Positions 51,001 to 58,323 of a stretch of 64,000 bases of DNA are shown here, piece after piece; position 1 is the first letter of the stretch; the number at the start of each line of letters is the position of its first letter. Under the pieces are notes generated by a model that was not told the DNA's origin, searched no databases, and saw only the letters and a program-made list of their open reading frames with translations. This stretch comes from an uncultured Chloroflexia bacterium (GTDB lineage: Bacteria > Chloroflexota > Anaerolineae > JAAYZQ01): NCBI GenBank assembly GCA_963700285.1, contig CAVOXA010000014.1:256001-320000 (forward strand). Direction: 5' to 3'. The position numbers were made by a program, and so were the translations under genes.

Positions 51001-54000
51001 ACCGGGTGGTTTCCGCCGCTGTCCATGTCCTCAAAGTCAGCCACGAGCACGCCGGCGCTGGCATCAATGCCCAGGAAGTAGTTCATGTCCCTGTTGTTGC
51101 CGTCGGCTTCGCCCCTGCCCTTTGTCACCAGAGGGATGGCAGCGTCGATGCCTCCCGTGCCCGTCGAGGCACTTTGGCCGGGGCCTTCTCGCTTGAACCA
51201 GGTCTCGAGGGTGAACTGGGCCAGGCCCAGGGCGGGTGCCTGTCCAAAGGTGACATAGTCACTGGACCCGTTAAAGTCCAGGGCGTTGCTCGCCTCGGCC
51301 GGGGTGGTCGCGCAGTCGGGGTCAGCGTAGGTCGAGGGACCGGTAGCATTCGTGGCCCGGACGCGATAGCAGTACTCCTGCTCGGGAGTCAGGCCCAGAT
51401 CGGAGTAAGCCGTGACGTTGGCCCCGGCCGTGTCCAGAGGGGTGTAGGCGCCGCCAATGCCGGTTGTGGAACGCTCGATCTCGAAGCCGGTCTCGTTGCC
51501 GGCGTTGTCGGTCCAGGCCAGGTCGATCTGGTACGCCGAGCTTTCAGTTGCCGCCAGGGCCGTGGGGGCGGCGGGTGCCGGTATGACGATGTCAAAGGGG
51601 GCGCCAGGGGTCACCCAGGCATAGCCAGTGCCCATGACGGTACCGTTGACACTAGTACCAGCTGAGGCATTGACCGCCGTTCCGGTGCCTTCGTCCAGGC
51701 TCCAGCGGCCCACGAGCCCGGCCTGCGGGGTCTCGATCTCAGCGTTGATGTCAGTCTGGATTTCGAGCTGGGTTCGGGCGTGGTCCCAGATACGAACCTC
51801 ATCCAGCACACCATCAAAGTAGCCTTCCGGTGCACCACTGGATCTCATGGCCGTGGCCAGGCCGGCGTGTTGGATGCTGTCGGAACGGACCGGTTCTCCT
51901 ACGACTAGTTCTGCCTCGAGGTTGCCATTGAGGAAGAGCTGCCACTTGTTCCCGTCATAGGTGGCCGCTACGTGGTACCAAGAGTCGTTGCTGATGGGCG
52001 TGGTGCCGATCACCGGATGGTTGAGACCCGGGCTTGCAGCGCTCGCGCCTTCCTCAAAGTCGGCAAAGAGCACGTTGTCCGAGGCGCGGATGCCGAGAAA
52101 GTAGTTGGTATCGACGTTGCTGCTTTCGGCTTCGCCCCGACCCTTGGTCACCAAGGGTATGGCGTTGGTCACGCCACCGATGCCTGTTGTGGTAGTTTGA
52201 CCAGTCCCTTCCCTCTTGAACCAGGTCTCGACGGTGAACTGGGCCAGCCCCAGACCAGGAGCAACGCCAAAGGTGACATAGCCATCGGTCCCGGCAAAGT
52301 CCAAGGCGCTATTGGGCAGCGCGGTCGTGGTGGCGCAGTCGGGGTCACTGAAGGCGGATTCACCGCCGACGTTGGTGGCCCGGACACGGTAGCAGTACTC
52401 CTGCCCGGCAGTCAGGCCCAGGTCCGAGTAGTCCGTGGCGCTAGCTCCGACAGTGTCCAGGGGGCTGTACGTCCCACCAATGCCGTCGGTGGAACGCTGG
52501 ATCTCAAAACTGGTCTCATTGTCAGCGTTATCGGTCCAGGCCAGGTTGATCTGCTCGGCCGAGACAGCGGTAGCCGCCAGGTCTGTGGGCGCGGCAGGTG
52601 GCGATATGACAATGTCAAAGGGAGCGCCCGGCGCCCAGCTATAGCCAGTGCCCATGACGGTGCCGTTGACGGTGGTGCCGGCCGAGCCGTTGACCGCCGT
52701 TCCGGAGCCCTCGTTGAGGCCCCAGCAAGCGACAAGCCCAGCCTGGGGAGTCGTGATTTCCGAATTGATGTCGGTCTGGATCTCAAGCTGGCTACGGGCG
52801 TGGTCCCAGATACGAACCTCGTCCAGCACGCCATCAAAGTAACCGGCCGCTGTGCCAGCGGAGGTCATAGCCGAGGCCAGGCCAGCGTGTTGGATGCTGT
52901 CCGAACGGGGCGGCTGTCCCACGACCAGTTCCGCCTCGAGATTGCCGTTGAGGAAGAGCTGCCACTTGTTGCCGTCATAGGTGGCCGCGACGTGGTACCA
53001 GGTGTCGTTGTTGATAGGCGTGGTGCCGATCACCGGATGGTTTTGGCCCGGACTCGAGCCGGTCGCACCTTCCTCAAAGTCGGCAAAGAGCACGTTGTCC
53101 GAGGCGCGGATACCGAGGAAGTAGTTCGTGTCCACGTTGCTGCCCTCGGCTTCGCCCCTGCCCTTCGTCACCAGCGGGATGGCGTTGGTCACGCCCCCGG
53201 TGCCTGTCGTCGTGGTTTCACCAGCCCCTTCCCTCTTGAACCAGGTCTCGACGGTGAACTGGGCCAGATCCAGGGCGGCGGGATCGCCAAAGGTCACATA
53301 ATCATCGGTCCCGCCAAAGTCCAGCGCGGGATTGGCCAGCACATCGGTGGTGTCGCATTGAACGCTGGTATAGTCGGACTCACCGGCGGCATTGGTCGCC
53401 CGAACCTGGTAACAGTACTCTTGCCCGGGGGTCAGGCCCAGGTCTGAATGGCTCTCGGCGTTGGCCGGTAGGGTGATCAGCGGGCTGAAGGGCCCGCCGC
53501 TCCCGGTGGTGGAGCGCTCGACCTCAAAGTTGGTCTCGTTGTCGGCGTTGTCCGTCCAGGCCAGGTCGATCTGGGCGTGGGAAGCCGTGGTGGCCGACAG
53601 CCCGGTGGGAGCAGCCGGTGCGACAATGAAGGAGATGTTAAAGGGCGCGCCAGGCGTCACCCAGGCCGCCCCGCTGACGGTCCCATCGGCGGAAGAGCCA
53701 GCGGCATTGTAGGCCATGGTCCCGCTGCCTTCGTTCAGGCCCCAGCGGGCCACGAGCCCGGCCTGGGGGCTGGAGAGTTCGTCGTTGATGGTCGCCCGGA
53801 TCTCGGCCTCGGAGCGCGCCGAATTCCAGATGCGGGCCTCGTCGAGGACCCCGTCAAAGTAGCCGGACCGCGAGCCGATGGAAGTCATGGCCGTGGCCAG
53901 ACCGGCGTGCTGGATGCTGTCGGAGCGCGGGGTGGCGCCTTCATTTTCAGTCCCGTCCAGCACGCCATTCAGATATAGCACCCAATCAGAACCATCATAG

Positions 54001-55475
54001 GTGGCGGCGGCATGGTACCAGACGTCGTTGGCAATGGGCGTGGTACCGGCGACTGGGTGGTTTCCGCCGCTGTCCATGTCCTCAAAGTCGGCAACGAGCA
54101 CACCGGTGCTAGCGTCGATACCGAAAAAGTAGTTCATATCCACGTTGCTGCCATCGCCCTCGCCCCGGCCCTTTGTCACCAGGGGGATGGCGCTGGCGAT
54201 CCCACCGCTGCCCGTCGAGGCGCCCTGCCCGTTTCCCTCGCGCTTGAACCAGGTCTCAAGGGTGAACTGGGCCAGGCCCAGGGCGGGATCCGGGCCAAAG
54301 GTGACGTAATCAGTCGACCCATTGAAATCCAGGGCGTTGCTGGCCGCGGCCGGGGTGGTGGCGCAGTCGGCATCGGAAAAGGCCGAGTCGCCGCCAGCGT
54401 TGGTGGCCCGGACACGGTAGCAGTACTCCTGTCCGGAAGTCAGACCCAGGTCCGAATAGGCAGTGACATTAGCCGCCACGGTGTCCAGGGGGCTGTAGGT
54501 GCCGCCAATGCCGGTGGTGGAGCGTTCGATCTCAAAGCTGGTTTCGTTGCTGGCGTTATCGGTCCAGGCGAGGTCGATCCGGCTTGACAATCTGGCGGTA
54601 GCCGCCAGGCCTGTGGGTGCGGAGGGGGCCGCAATGACGATGTCCAGGGGGGCGCCAGGCGTTACCCAACTATGGCCACTCGGCTGAATCGTGCCGTTGA
54701 CACTGGTACCGGCCGAACCACTGACCGTCGTTCCAGACGTTTCGTCCAGGCCCCAGCGGGCCACGAGCCCGGTCTGGGCGGTGGTGATCTCTGAATTGAC
54801 GTCGGTCTGAATCTCGAGGTGGGTGCGGGCGTGATCCCAGATGCGGACCTCGTCCAGGACGCCGTCAAAGTGCCCAGCCGCAGTGCTTGTACCACCAGAC
54901 CGCATGGCACTGCCCAAGCCGGCATGCTGGATGCTATCGGAGCGGGGCGGTTGCCCCACGACGACCTCGGTCTCGAGTTCTCCATTCAGGTAGAGCCGCC
55001 ACGTGTTGCCATCGTAGGTGGCGGCAGCGTGGTACCAGGTATCGAGGCTGATGGACGTGGTACCGATTACCGGATGGTTGAGGCCAGGGCTCGCACCACC
55101 TGCTCCTTCCTCAAAGTCGGCAAAAAGCACACTGTCCGAGGCGCGAATCCCCAGGAACCAGTTCGTGTCCAGGTTGCTGTTCTCGGCTTCGCCCCGGCCC
55201 TTTGTGACTAGCGGGATGGCGTCGGACACGCCACCGCCGCCGGTTGATGTCGTGACGCCAGTTCCCTCTCGCTTGAACCAAGTCTCGATGGTGAACTGGG
55301 CCAGGTCCAGGGCGGCGGGATCGCCAAAAGCCACAAAGGCGGTGCCGCTGCCAAGATCAAGCGCACCCGTGCTCTGGGCCTGAACGACCGGGGGGGCAGG
55401 CATCAGAGGGTTGAACATGGACAGCAGCAGCCCAAAGACGGTGAGTAGACTCAGTAGAGATCGCTTCCAAAGCAT
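42015..55475 (-). CDS. giant (4,486 aa) secreted protein: 10 LamG-like + 9 FN3 alternating repeats, calcineurin-like metallophosphoesterase, two InlB-B-like repeats, C-terminal FN3 + carboxypeptidase-regulatory-like module
   Basis: ATG after AAGGAGG with signal peptide; ten FTxETWFKR...WYHxAxTYDG...DExRxW units alternating with nine APxAPTxL...WTDN...YCYxVRAxN units; LPDTQYY, HEGD, YGNHD and CGH motifs. Confidence 0.9.
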   Translation of the reverse strand: MLWKRSLLSLLTVFGLLLSMFNPLMPAPPVVQAQSTGALDLGSGTAFVAFGDPAALDLAQFTIETWFKREGTGVTTSTGGGGVSDAIPLVTKGRGEAENSNLDTNWFLGIRASDSVLFADFEEGAGGASPGLNHPVIGTTSISLDTWYHAAATYDGNTWRLYLNGELETEVVVGQPPRSDSIQHAGLGSAMRSGGTSTAAGHFDGVLDEVRIWDHARTHLEIQTDVNSEITTAQTGLVARWGLDETSGTTVSGSAGTSVNGTIQPSGHSWVTPGAPLDIVIAAPSAPTGLAATARLSSRIDLAWTDNASNETSFEIERSTTGIGGTYSPLDTVAANVTAYSDLGLTSGQEYCYRVRATNAGGDSAFSDADCATTPAAASNALDFNGSTDYVTFGPDPALGLAQFTLETWFKREGNGQGASTGSGGIASAIPLVTKGRGEGDGSNVDMNYFFGIDASTGVLVADFEDMDSGGNHPVAGTTPIANDVWYHAAATYDGSDWVLYLNGVLDGTENEGATPRSDSIQHAGLATAMTSIGSRSGYFDGVLDEARIWNSARSEAEIRATINDELSSPQAGLVARWGLNEGSGTMAYNAAGSSADGTVSGAAWVTPGAPFNISFIVAPAAPTGLSATTASHAQIDLAWTDNADNETNFEVERSTTGSGGPFSPLITLPANAESHSDLGLTPGQEYCYQVRATNAAGESDYTSVQCDTTDVLANPALDFGGTDDYVTFGDPAALDLAQFTVETWFKREGAGETTTTGTGGVTNAIPLVTKGRGEAEGSNVDTNYFLGIRASDNVLFADFEEGATGSSPGQNHPVIGTTPINNDTWYHVAATYDGNKWQLFLNGNLEAELVVGQPPRSDSIQHAGLASAMTSAGTAAGYFDGVLDEVRIWDHARSQLEIQTDINSEITTPQAGLVACWGLNEGSGTAVNGSAGTTVNGTVMGTGYSWAPGAPFDIVISPPAAPTDLAATAVSAEQINLAWTDNADNETSFEIQRSTDGIGGTYSPLDTVGASATDYSDLGLTAGQEYCYRVRATNVGGESAFSDPDCATTTALPNSALDFAGTDGYVTFGVAPGLGLAQFTVETWFKREGTGQTTTTGIGGVTNAIPLVTKGRGEAESSNVDTNYFLGIRASDNVLFADFEEGASAASPGLNHPVIGTTPISNDSWYHVAATYDGNKWQLFLNGNLEAELVVGEPVRSDSIQHAGLATAMRSSGAPEGYFDGVLDEVRIWDHARTQLEIQTDINAEIETPQAGLVGRWSLDEGTGTAVNASAGTSVNGTVMGTGYAWVTPGAPFDIVIPAPAAPTALAATESSAYQIDLAWTDNAGNETGFEIERSTTGIGGAYTPLDTAGANVTAYSDLGLTPEQEYCYRVRATNATGPSTYADPDCATTPAEASNALDFNGSSDYVTFGQAPALGLAQFTLETWFKREGPGQSASTGTGGIDAAIPLVTKGRGEADGNNRDMNYFLGIDASAGVLVADFEDMDSGGNHPVVGTTAIANDVWYHAAVTYDGANWKLYLNGVLDQTLAETATPRSDSIQHAGLATAITSIGTRQGYFDGVLDEARIWNSARSEAEIRATINDELSSPQAGLVARWGLNEGSGTMAFDSAGSAVHGTVGGAAWVTPGAPFNISFTVAPAAPTGLSATTASHAQIDLAWTDNADNETNFEVERSTTGSGGPFSPLITLPANAESHSDLGLTPGQEYCYQVRATNAAGESDYTSVQCDTTDVLANPALDFGGTDDYVTFGDPAALDLAQFTVETWFKREGAGETTTTGTGGVTNAIPLVTKGRGEAEGSNVDTNYFLGIRASDNVLFADFEEGATGSSPGQNHPVIGTTPINNDTWYHVAATYDGNKWQLFLNGNLEAELVVGQPPRSDSIQHAGLASAMTSAGTAAGYFDGVLDEVRIWDHARSQLEIQTDINSEITTPQAGLVACWGLNEGSGTAVNGSAGTTVNGTVMGTGYSWAPGAPFDIVISPPAAPTDLAATAVSAEQINLAWTDNADNETSFEIQRSTTGIAGTYSPLDTVAANIISFSDLGLTAEEEYCYRVRATNVGGESAFSDPDCATTTALPNSALDFVGTDAYVTFGPAPSLGLAQFTVETWFKREGPGVTTTTGTGGVDDAIPLVTKGTSEADDADNKDMNYFLGIRASDSVLMADFEEGAGGSSPSLNHPIIGTTTLSNDTWYHAAATYDGNKWQLFLNGNLEAELVVGEPVRSDSIQHAGLGSAMISDGTPEGFFDGVIDEVRIWDHARTHLEIQGDVNSEITTPQAGLVGRWSLDEATGTAVNGSAGTTVNGTVMGTGYTWVTPGAPFNIAVSPPAVPTALAATAASAIQIDLAWTDNSDNETGFEIERSTTGIGGTYGPLHTTSANATAYSDSGLDPETEYCYRARATNAAGESAYAGPDCATTPAEVHNALDFGTNNAYVTFGPTSTLGLAQFTLETWFKREGAGVTTNTGSGGVGDAIPLVTKGTGEVDDADNKDMNYFLGIRASDSVLIADFEEGGGGSSPSQNHPIIGTTAISNDTWYHAAATYDGNKWQLFLNGNLEAELVVGQPVRSDSIQHAGLGTAMLSDGTPAGFFDGVLDEARIWDHARTHAQIQGDVNSEIKIPQAGLVARWGLDEGSGTDVHDSTGSAVNGTILGTGYSWVTPGAPFDIAFSVPAAPTGLAASASSANSIGLSWTDNASDETNFEIERSTTGIGGTYSPLDTIGANTTAYSDSGLAPETEYCYRVRATNASGPSAYSNADCATTTTEVHTALDFGTNNAYVTFGPTLSLGLPEFTVETWFKREGTGVTTSTGSGGVTDAIPLVTKGVGEVDVPDNRDMNYFLGIRASDGVLIADFEEGAAGSSPSQNHPVIGTTSISNNTWYHAAVTYDGNKWQLFLNGNLEAELVVGEPVRSDSIQHAGLATAMTSTGAPEGYFDGVLDEVRIWDHARSVLEIQLDANSEITTPRAGLVARWGLDEGSGTAVNGSAGTTVNGTVMGSGYSWVGGAPFNLNFNDPPDAPTALTATAYSHAEVHLAWTDNADNEAIFDVERSTTGIGGTYSPLGTGPANVTTYSDLSVVPEQEYCYRVRARNAAGPSAYTNMDCATTPVATNHALDFGSSNAYVTFGPAPTLGLPEFTIETWFKRQGAGQTTTTGTGGVDDAIPLLTNGTSEVDDADNKDMNYFLGIRASDSVLMADFEEGAGGSSPSLNHPIIGTTTISNDIWYHAAATYDGNKWQLFLNGRLEAELVVGEPPRSDSIQHAGLATAMESDGTPEGRFDGVIDEARVWDSARTQTEIRATINDELAGPQTGLVARWGVDEGTGTTVGDTAGSSVTGTVMGSGYSWVGGAPFNLIFNDPPYEPTLVQPANGAVGVVTPPTLEVTVSDPELETMDVNFYGREAGAGTGEAFSIIVLPDTQYYSESYPQTFSAQTQWIVQNKDTMNIAFVTHEGDIVEVATETYQWDNADAAMSLLEDPATTGLPDGIPYGLVYGNHDMPTDNYNTYFPVSRFAGRGYYGGSYDGDNEDSYQLFDGGGMGFIAIHFGYYDSPPQSLLDWADGLLKTHSDRRAIVVAHRLIGSSGAWSSQGQATYDALKDNPNLFLMLCGHVTTEARRTDVYNGSTVHTLLADYQGRSNGGDGWLRTLEFSPTDDTIHVKTYSPTLNQFETDANSQFDLSYDMDGAGPFSNLGTVSGVASGGNASIAWPGLFAGTPYEWYVEVSDGSSTTEGPIWNFTTFGTPPPCYTLTTSVDPASGGTVVANPAPNCQGTKYHEGTVVELTANANSGYTFANWSGALTGSTNPDSVTMNGNRDVTAHFDGPPCYSLTTAVFPVGAGTIDVAPPPDCAGGTYSEGTVVQLTANANTGYTFVNWTGHLSSSTNPDSLTMNANKSVTALFGEFTGATLDLQVSQDSDDAEERLSSGAVNLGSWDLDLTDDNGNVQTVGIRFQNVTIPQGANIQEAHVTFYAAGVQTGDTNLLFQGHDTDDAPTFSAASGDISGRTITSASIPWDNVPPWTTLGDPYDSPNLAPIIQEIVDRGGWTSGNGLALLISGTGKRDAESFDGDPGMAPELHITYGEHSVPSSHDLTGDWTLIAPTVQTDPPTDAEAARTEILNQGGNALQLCAWLSDVDDWQCYDGGPPGNNFTLQLGQGYFVQVDQASTWQRTGEAPASPVPVQLNPTWTLIGLPKLPAPMTAETLLDEASAQGGDCTELYQWQDGRWEGHVRDLPFNNFNLGNDVGYFVKCANATTYTPGGVTGLLTHDPELASDDNNTFGRSARVTGLPNHEPARVAAPHLSKATTLDSAPDQLLASYAATIPTVSDILVSNHRDVTFSVSWRTDSPSSGWLEYGETEQLGTLAQQDAAASMVHHVTLTQLKPNTTYFFHVHAGKIVDDMGSALYSVTTKTSQIPALPFVAYGQVQTTSGQPAVGALARLWLASTDGSLSEPLSATVDDLGYWSTNLPLADCSDLQLKLEVIGPAGGQVELSMPACEVRPAQTVKLP
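49444..53596. repeat. near-identical ~1.1 kb direct repeat inside the giant gene (49444-50545 vs 52495-53596, offset 3051 bp)
   Basis: Identical alternative-frame ORFs at offset 3051 (49361/52412, 49597/52648); the nucleotide text matches almost base for base. Confidence 0.9.
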
Positions 55476-55775
55476 CTTTGCCTCCTTGTGCTGGGGGGGT
55501 TCCCACCCAGGCTCCATCGACACTACTGATCGAGTTGCAGAAAGTGACTTCCAGGGTATGCCGACCGCCCGCATTTCGCTTCGGGGTTGGTGCGATGCGG
55601 CTGTGGTGCTAGCTTCTCATTTCCCCTCGCGGAATACGCCTACCAACTGCACCTATCGAGGGTTCCTTCAGCTTGGGGTATCCGATACCGATCTAGGAGA
55701 CCGGCAGGGAACTCGACCGGTGAACCAGTCAGTGTCCGAGCTGAGGATGCGGCTGGACAGAGCGTCTACCCGTCC

Positions 55776-55831
55776 ATTATACCACATAAACGCGAACGAA
55801 ACGTAACAATCAGGTTACAAATAGATTAAAA
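55776..55831 (-). promoter_or_regulatory. extended -10 promoter (TGgTATAAT) with three 11-bp-period direct repeats in place of a -35 box
   Basis: Minus strand: ttttaatctat ttgtaacctga ttgttacgttt; also forms the palindrome GTAAC-N6-GTTAC (55803-55818). Confidence 0.6.
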
Positions 55832-55855
55832 CTTTGGGTCCAAGGGGGTGACGCA

Positions 55856-55878
55856 GGGCTGGCGCCTCGCGCCAGCCC
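55856..55878. terminator. 10-bp hairpin downstream of the standalone phosphoesterase
   Basis: gggctggcgc-ctc-gcgccagccc; no U tract on the minus strand. Confidence 0.4.
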
Positions 55879-55897
55879 CTAAATAGAAACTCCAGGC

Positions 55898-57463
55898 CTA
55901 GGGTGTGTTGCGGGAAATCAGGGGCAGATACACCGCATGGATCGCCTCGACGGGGACAAAGTGGGCCAGCACGGACTTGTGGCTATCCATAACGATGGTG
56001 GCCGGGTTGGCGTCGCTGGATAGGTCACCGCTCCAAGACAAGAAGGTGTGGCCCTCTGCGGGCTGGGCTATCAGTTGGACCACGTCGCCATGGCGATAGG
56101 CCCACTGGTGGGGGTCCCAGGTCACACTGCCGCTGCCAACGGCGGCTGTAGTCAGTTTGTATAGTCCTGCGCCCTCCGTCGCAAAGGCCCAGGCGGGACC
56201 GGTGGTGGTATCCGTGCCATCGGAGACCCGAACGTACCACTCGTACGCTGTGCCGGGCGCCCGGCCGGGCCAGTGCAGGGACACCTCACTGCCGCTTGCC
56301 ACACCGCTCACCGTGCCCAATTGCTGGTACGGCTCGCCGCCGGTCATGTCATAGTCCAGCACGAATTGGCTGTCGGCATCGGTCTCGTACTGGTCCAGCC
56401 AGGGGGAGTAGGTTGAGACACGGATTTGGCTGTTCTCCGGCGAGAACTCGAGCCTGCGCAGGAAAGCCTGGCCGCCCTTGGGATAGCTCTGGTAGTCGGC
56501 CATCAAGGCATAGACGGTTTGACCCTCATAAACCTCGGTCCTGCTCGCTTCCGCGTGCCTGTGTCCCGCAAGCATCAGGAACAGGTTCGGATTGTCTTTC
56601 AGGGCATCATAGACCCGCTGGCCCCAGTTTCCGAACGAGCCGTCCTCCTCGAGAATGTGGTGGCTCACGACGATCGCGCGGCGGTCGCTGTGGGCTTTCA
56701 ACAGGCCATCAGCCCAGTCCAGGGCACCGGGGTCCACCCCCTCATAGTCGATGCCGATGGCAATGAAATCCATGCCGCCGCCAGAAAAGAGGGTATAGTT
56801 GTTCTTGTTGCTGCCGTCGGGGTAGCCCTCGCCGTAGTAGCTCCTGCCCTGGAATCGCTTGACGCCAAAGTACTTTTCATAGAATCTGCCCGGTACGTCG
56901 TGATTGCCCGGAACCACGCTGTAGGGAATGCCATCTGGATGCCCGGTGGTAGCGGGATCCTCCAACAAGCTGAGCGCCGCATCGGCATTCCGCCACTGCT
57001 GCTCCACCTTGGCGTCGTTGACAATGTCCCCTACGTGGGCAACGTAGACGATGTTCAAGGCAGCCCTGCTGTCGACAATCCACTGCGTCTGGACAGCAAA
57101 GAGGGCCGGATTGGCGTCAGAGTACCTCTGGGTGTCGGGTAGCACGATGATGGCAAAGTCGCTGGCGGGCCCCAGACGGACCTCGCGGCCAAAGTAGGTG
57201 ACGTTCAGGCTATCCAGATCGGGGTCCGTGACGCGCACTTGAAGTAGCGGGTCTGTGGCCACGTTCAAGGCACCGTCGGGTGGCGAGACAACAGATGGCT
57301 GATCGGGAATGCCGTTGATCTGCGCCTGGCTGCCCAGCAACTGCGTGCCTTCGACCACTGGCTGGGAGTTGCCTTGCGCAAACGCCGGGATGGCGGCGCC
57401 GGTGAGGCTGAGCACCAGAACGAAAAGGATCCAGAGATGCATGACCAACGGCTTGGTCGTCAT
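55898..57463 (-). CDS. secreted calcineurin-like metallophosphoesterase with InlB-B-like repeat and C-terminal VYLPLISR motif
   Basis: Signal peptide ending AFA; LPDTQRY, HVGD, PGNHD, AGHRH; highly similar to the catalytic module of the giant protein. Confidence 0.88.
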   Translation of the reverse strand: MTTKPLVMHLWILFVLVLSLTGAAIPAFAQGNSQPVVEGTQLLGSQAQINGIPDQPSVVSPPDGALNVATDPLLQVRVTDPDLDSLNVTYFGREVRLGPASDFAIIVLPDTQRYSDANPALFAVQTQWIVDSRAALNIVYVAHVGDIVNDAKVEQQWRNADAALSLLEDPATTGHPDGIPYSVVPGNHDVPGRFYEKYFGVKRFQGRSYYGEGYPDGSNKNNYTLFSGGGMDFIAIGIDYEGVDPGALDWADGLLKAHSDRRAIVVSHHILEEDGSFGNWGQRVYDALKDNPNLFLMLAGHRHAEASRTEVYEGQTVYALMADYQSYPKGGQAFLRRLEFSPENSQIRVSTYSPWLDQYETDADSQFVLDYDMTGGEPYQQLGTVSGVASGSEVSLHWPGRAPGTAYEWYVRVSDGTDTTTGPAWAFATEGAGLYKLTTAAVGSGSVTWDPHQWAYRHGDVVQLIAQPAEGHTFLSWSGDLSSDANPATIVMDSHKSVLAHFVPVEAIHAVYLPLISRNTP

Positions 57464-57679
57464 GCATGCCCGCTTGCCACGGGTGATCGGGTTGTACGTC
57501 AAGAAATGCGGGCCCACCATGCCTCCATGAAGGCAATGCCTTCTGCAAGCGCGATCCCAGCCCGCGACGCGAGTCTACCGCAGATGCCTCTGCAAAAACA
57601 GCAAGCTGCTCAAGGAAGGGGATCGTGCCTGTTCTTTGAGTTGGGAACTCGGCCACCGGTGCACGGGCTCTCCGCATAC

Positions 57680-57708
57680 ATTCTACCACAGATTGGGCCG
57701 GATGCAAA
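57680..57708 (-). promoter_or_regulatory. putative extended -10 promoter (TGgTAGAAT)
   Basis: attctacca on the plus strand at 57680; TTGCAT/TTTGCA about 16-17 bp upstream. Confidence 0.45.
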
Positions 57709-58098
57709 AAGCCCCCCGGAGGTTCGGTCAGAAGTATAGCACCGTGGATTCGCTGCAAATCCAACTGGCCTGGTGTAAAGCTCGAGCCCGGGCGGTTCGC
57801 ACCAGGCCCGGGCTCTGCGCAATCCGGTCAGTTGCGCCTGATCAAGGGCAACAGGATGGAATGCCTGAATGTACCGAACAGCACAGGTTATCTGGTAACT
57901 GTCTGGACAGTCCCGATGTTGGGCCTGGCTTCGGTGAAGACGATTGGAGTCACGGTGAACCTGGCAACTGTGCACAAGGCGCTGCATCAAGTCGGTCTGC
58001 GTTAGGGCCGCCCCAGGTTGGCAATGCCGAACAGGGTAGATCCAGAAAAAGCACAGAAGCAGTGGGCTATCGTCATGGCAGTGACTGGTGGCACCTGA

Positions 58099-58127
58099 TT
58101 GACACCCGAGGCCAATGATGGTAGAAT
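58099..58127 (+). promoter_or_regulatory. sigma70-type promoter TTGACA-17-TAGAAT with extended TG
   Basis: TTGACA 58099-58104, TAGAAT 58122-58127. Confidence 0.7.
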
Positions 58128-58323
58128 GAAGCCGCCACCATCCAAGTCAACTCCGTAGATCACGTGGCCAATGGCTTCCGGCATTGTGGAGCCATCTGTG
58201 GTTCCCGGTATCTGGTAACAGATGGCCACCAACCCACTCGCGCGTTCGTGGCATGGACGCAGGGCTCGCCACTGTAGCTAGCCTTGACAAGCAGGTTACG
58301 AGGAGCATGGAGGAAGGTGTACA

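Noticed and set aside
58002-58232. 76-aa minus-strand ORF
   Set aside because: Overlaps a good plus-strand promoter and leader; no recognisable domain.
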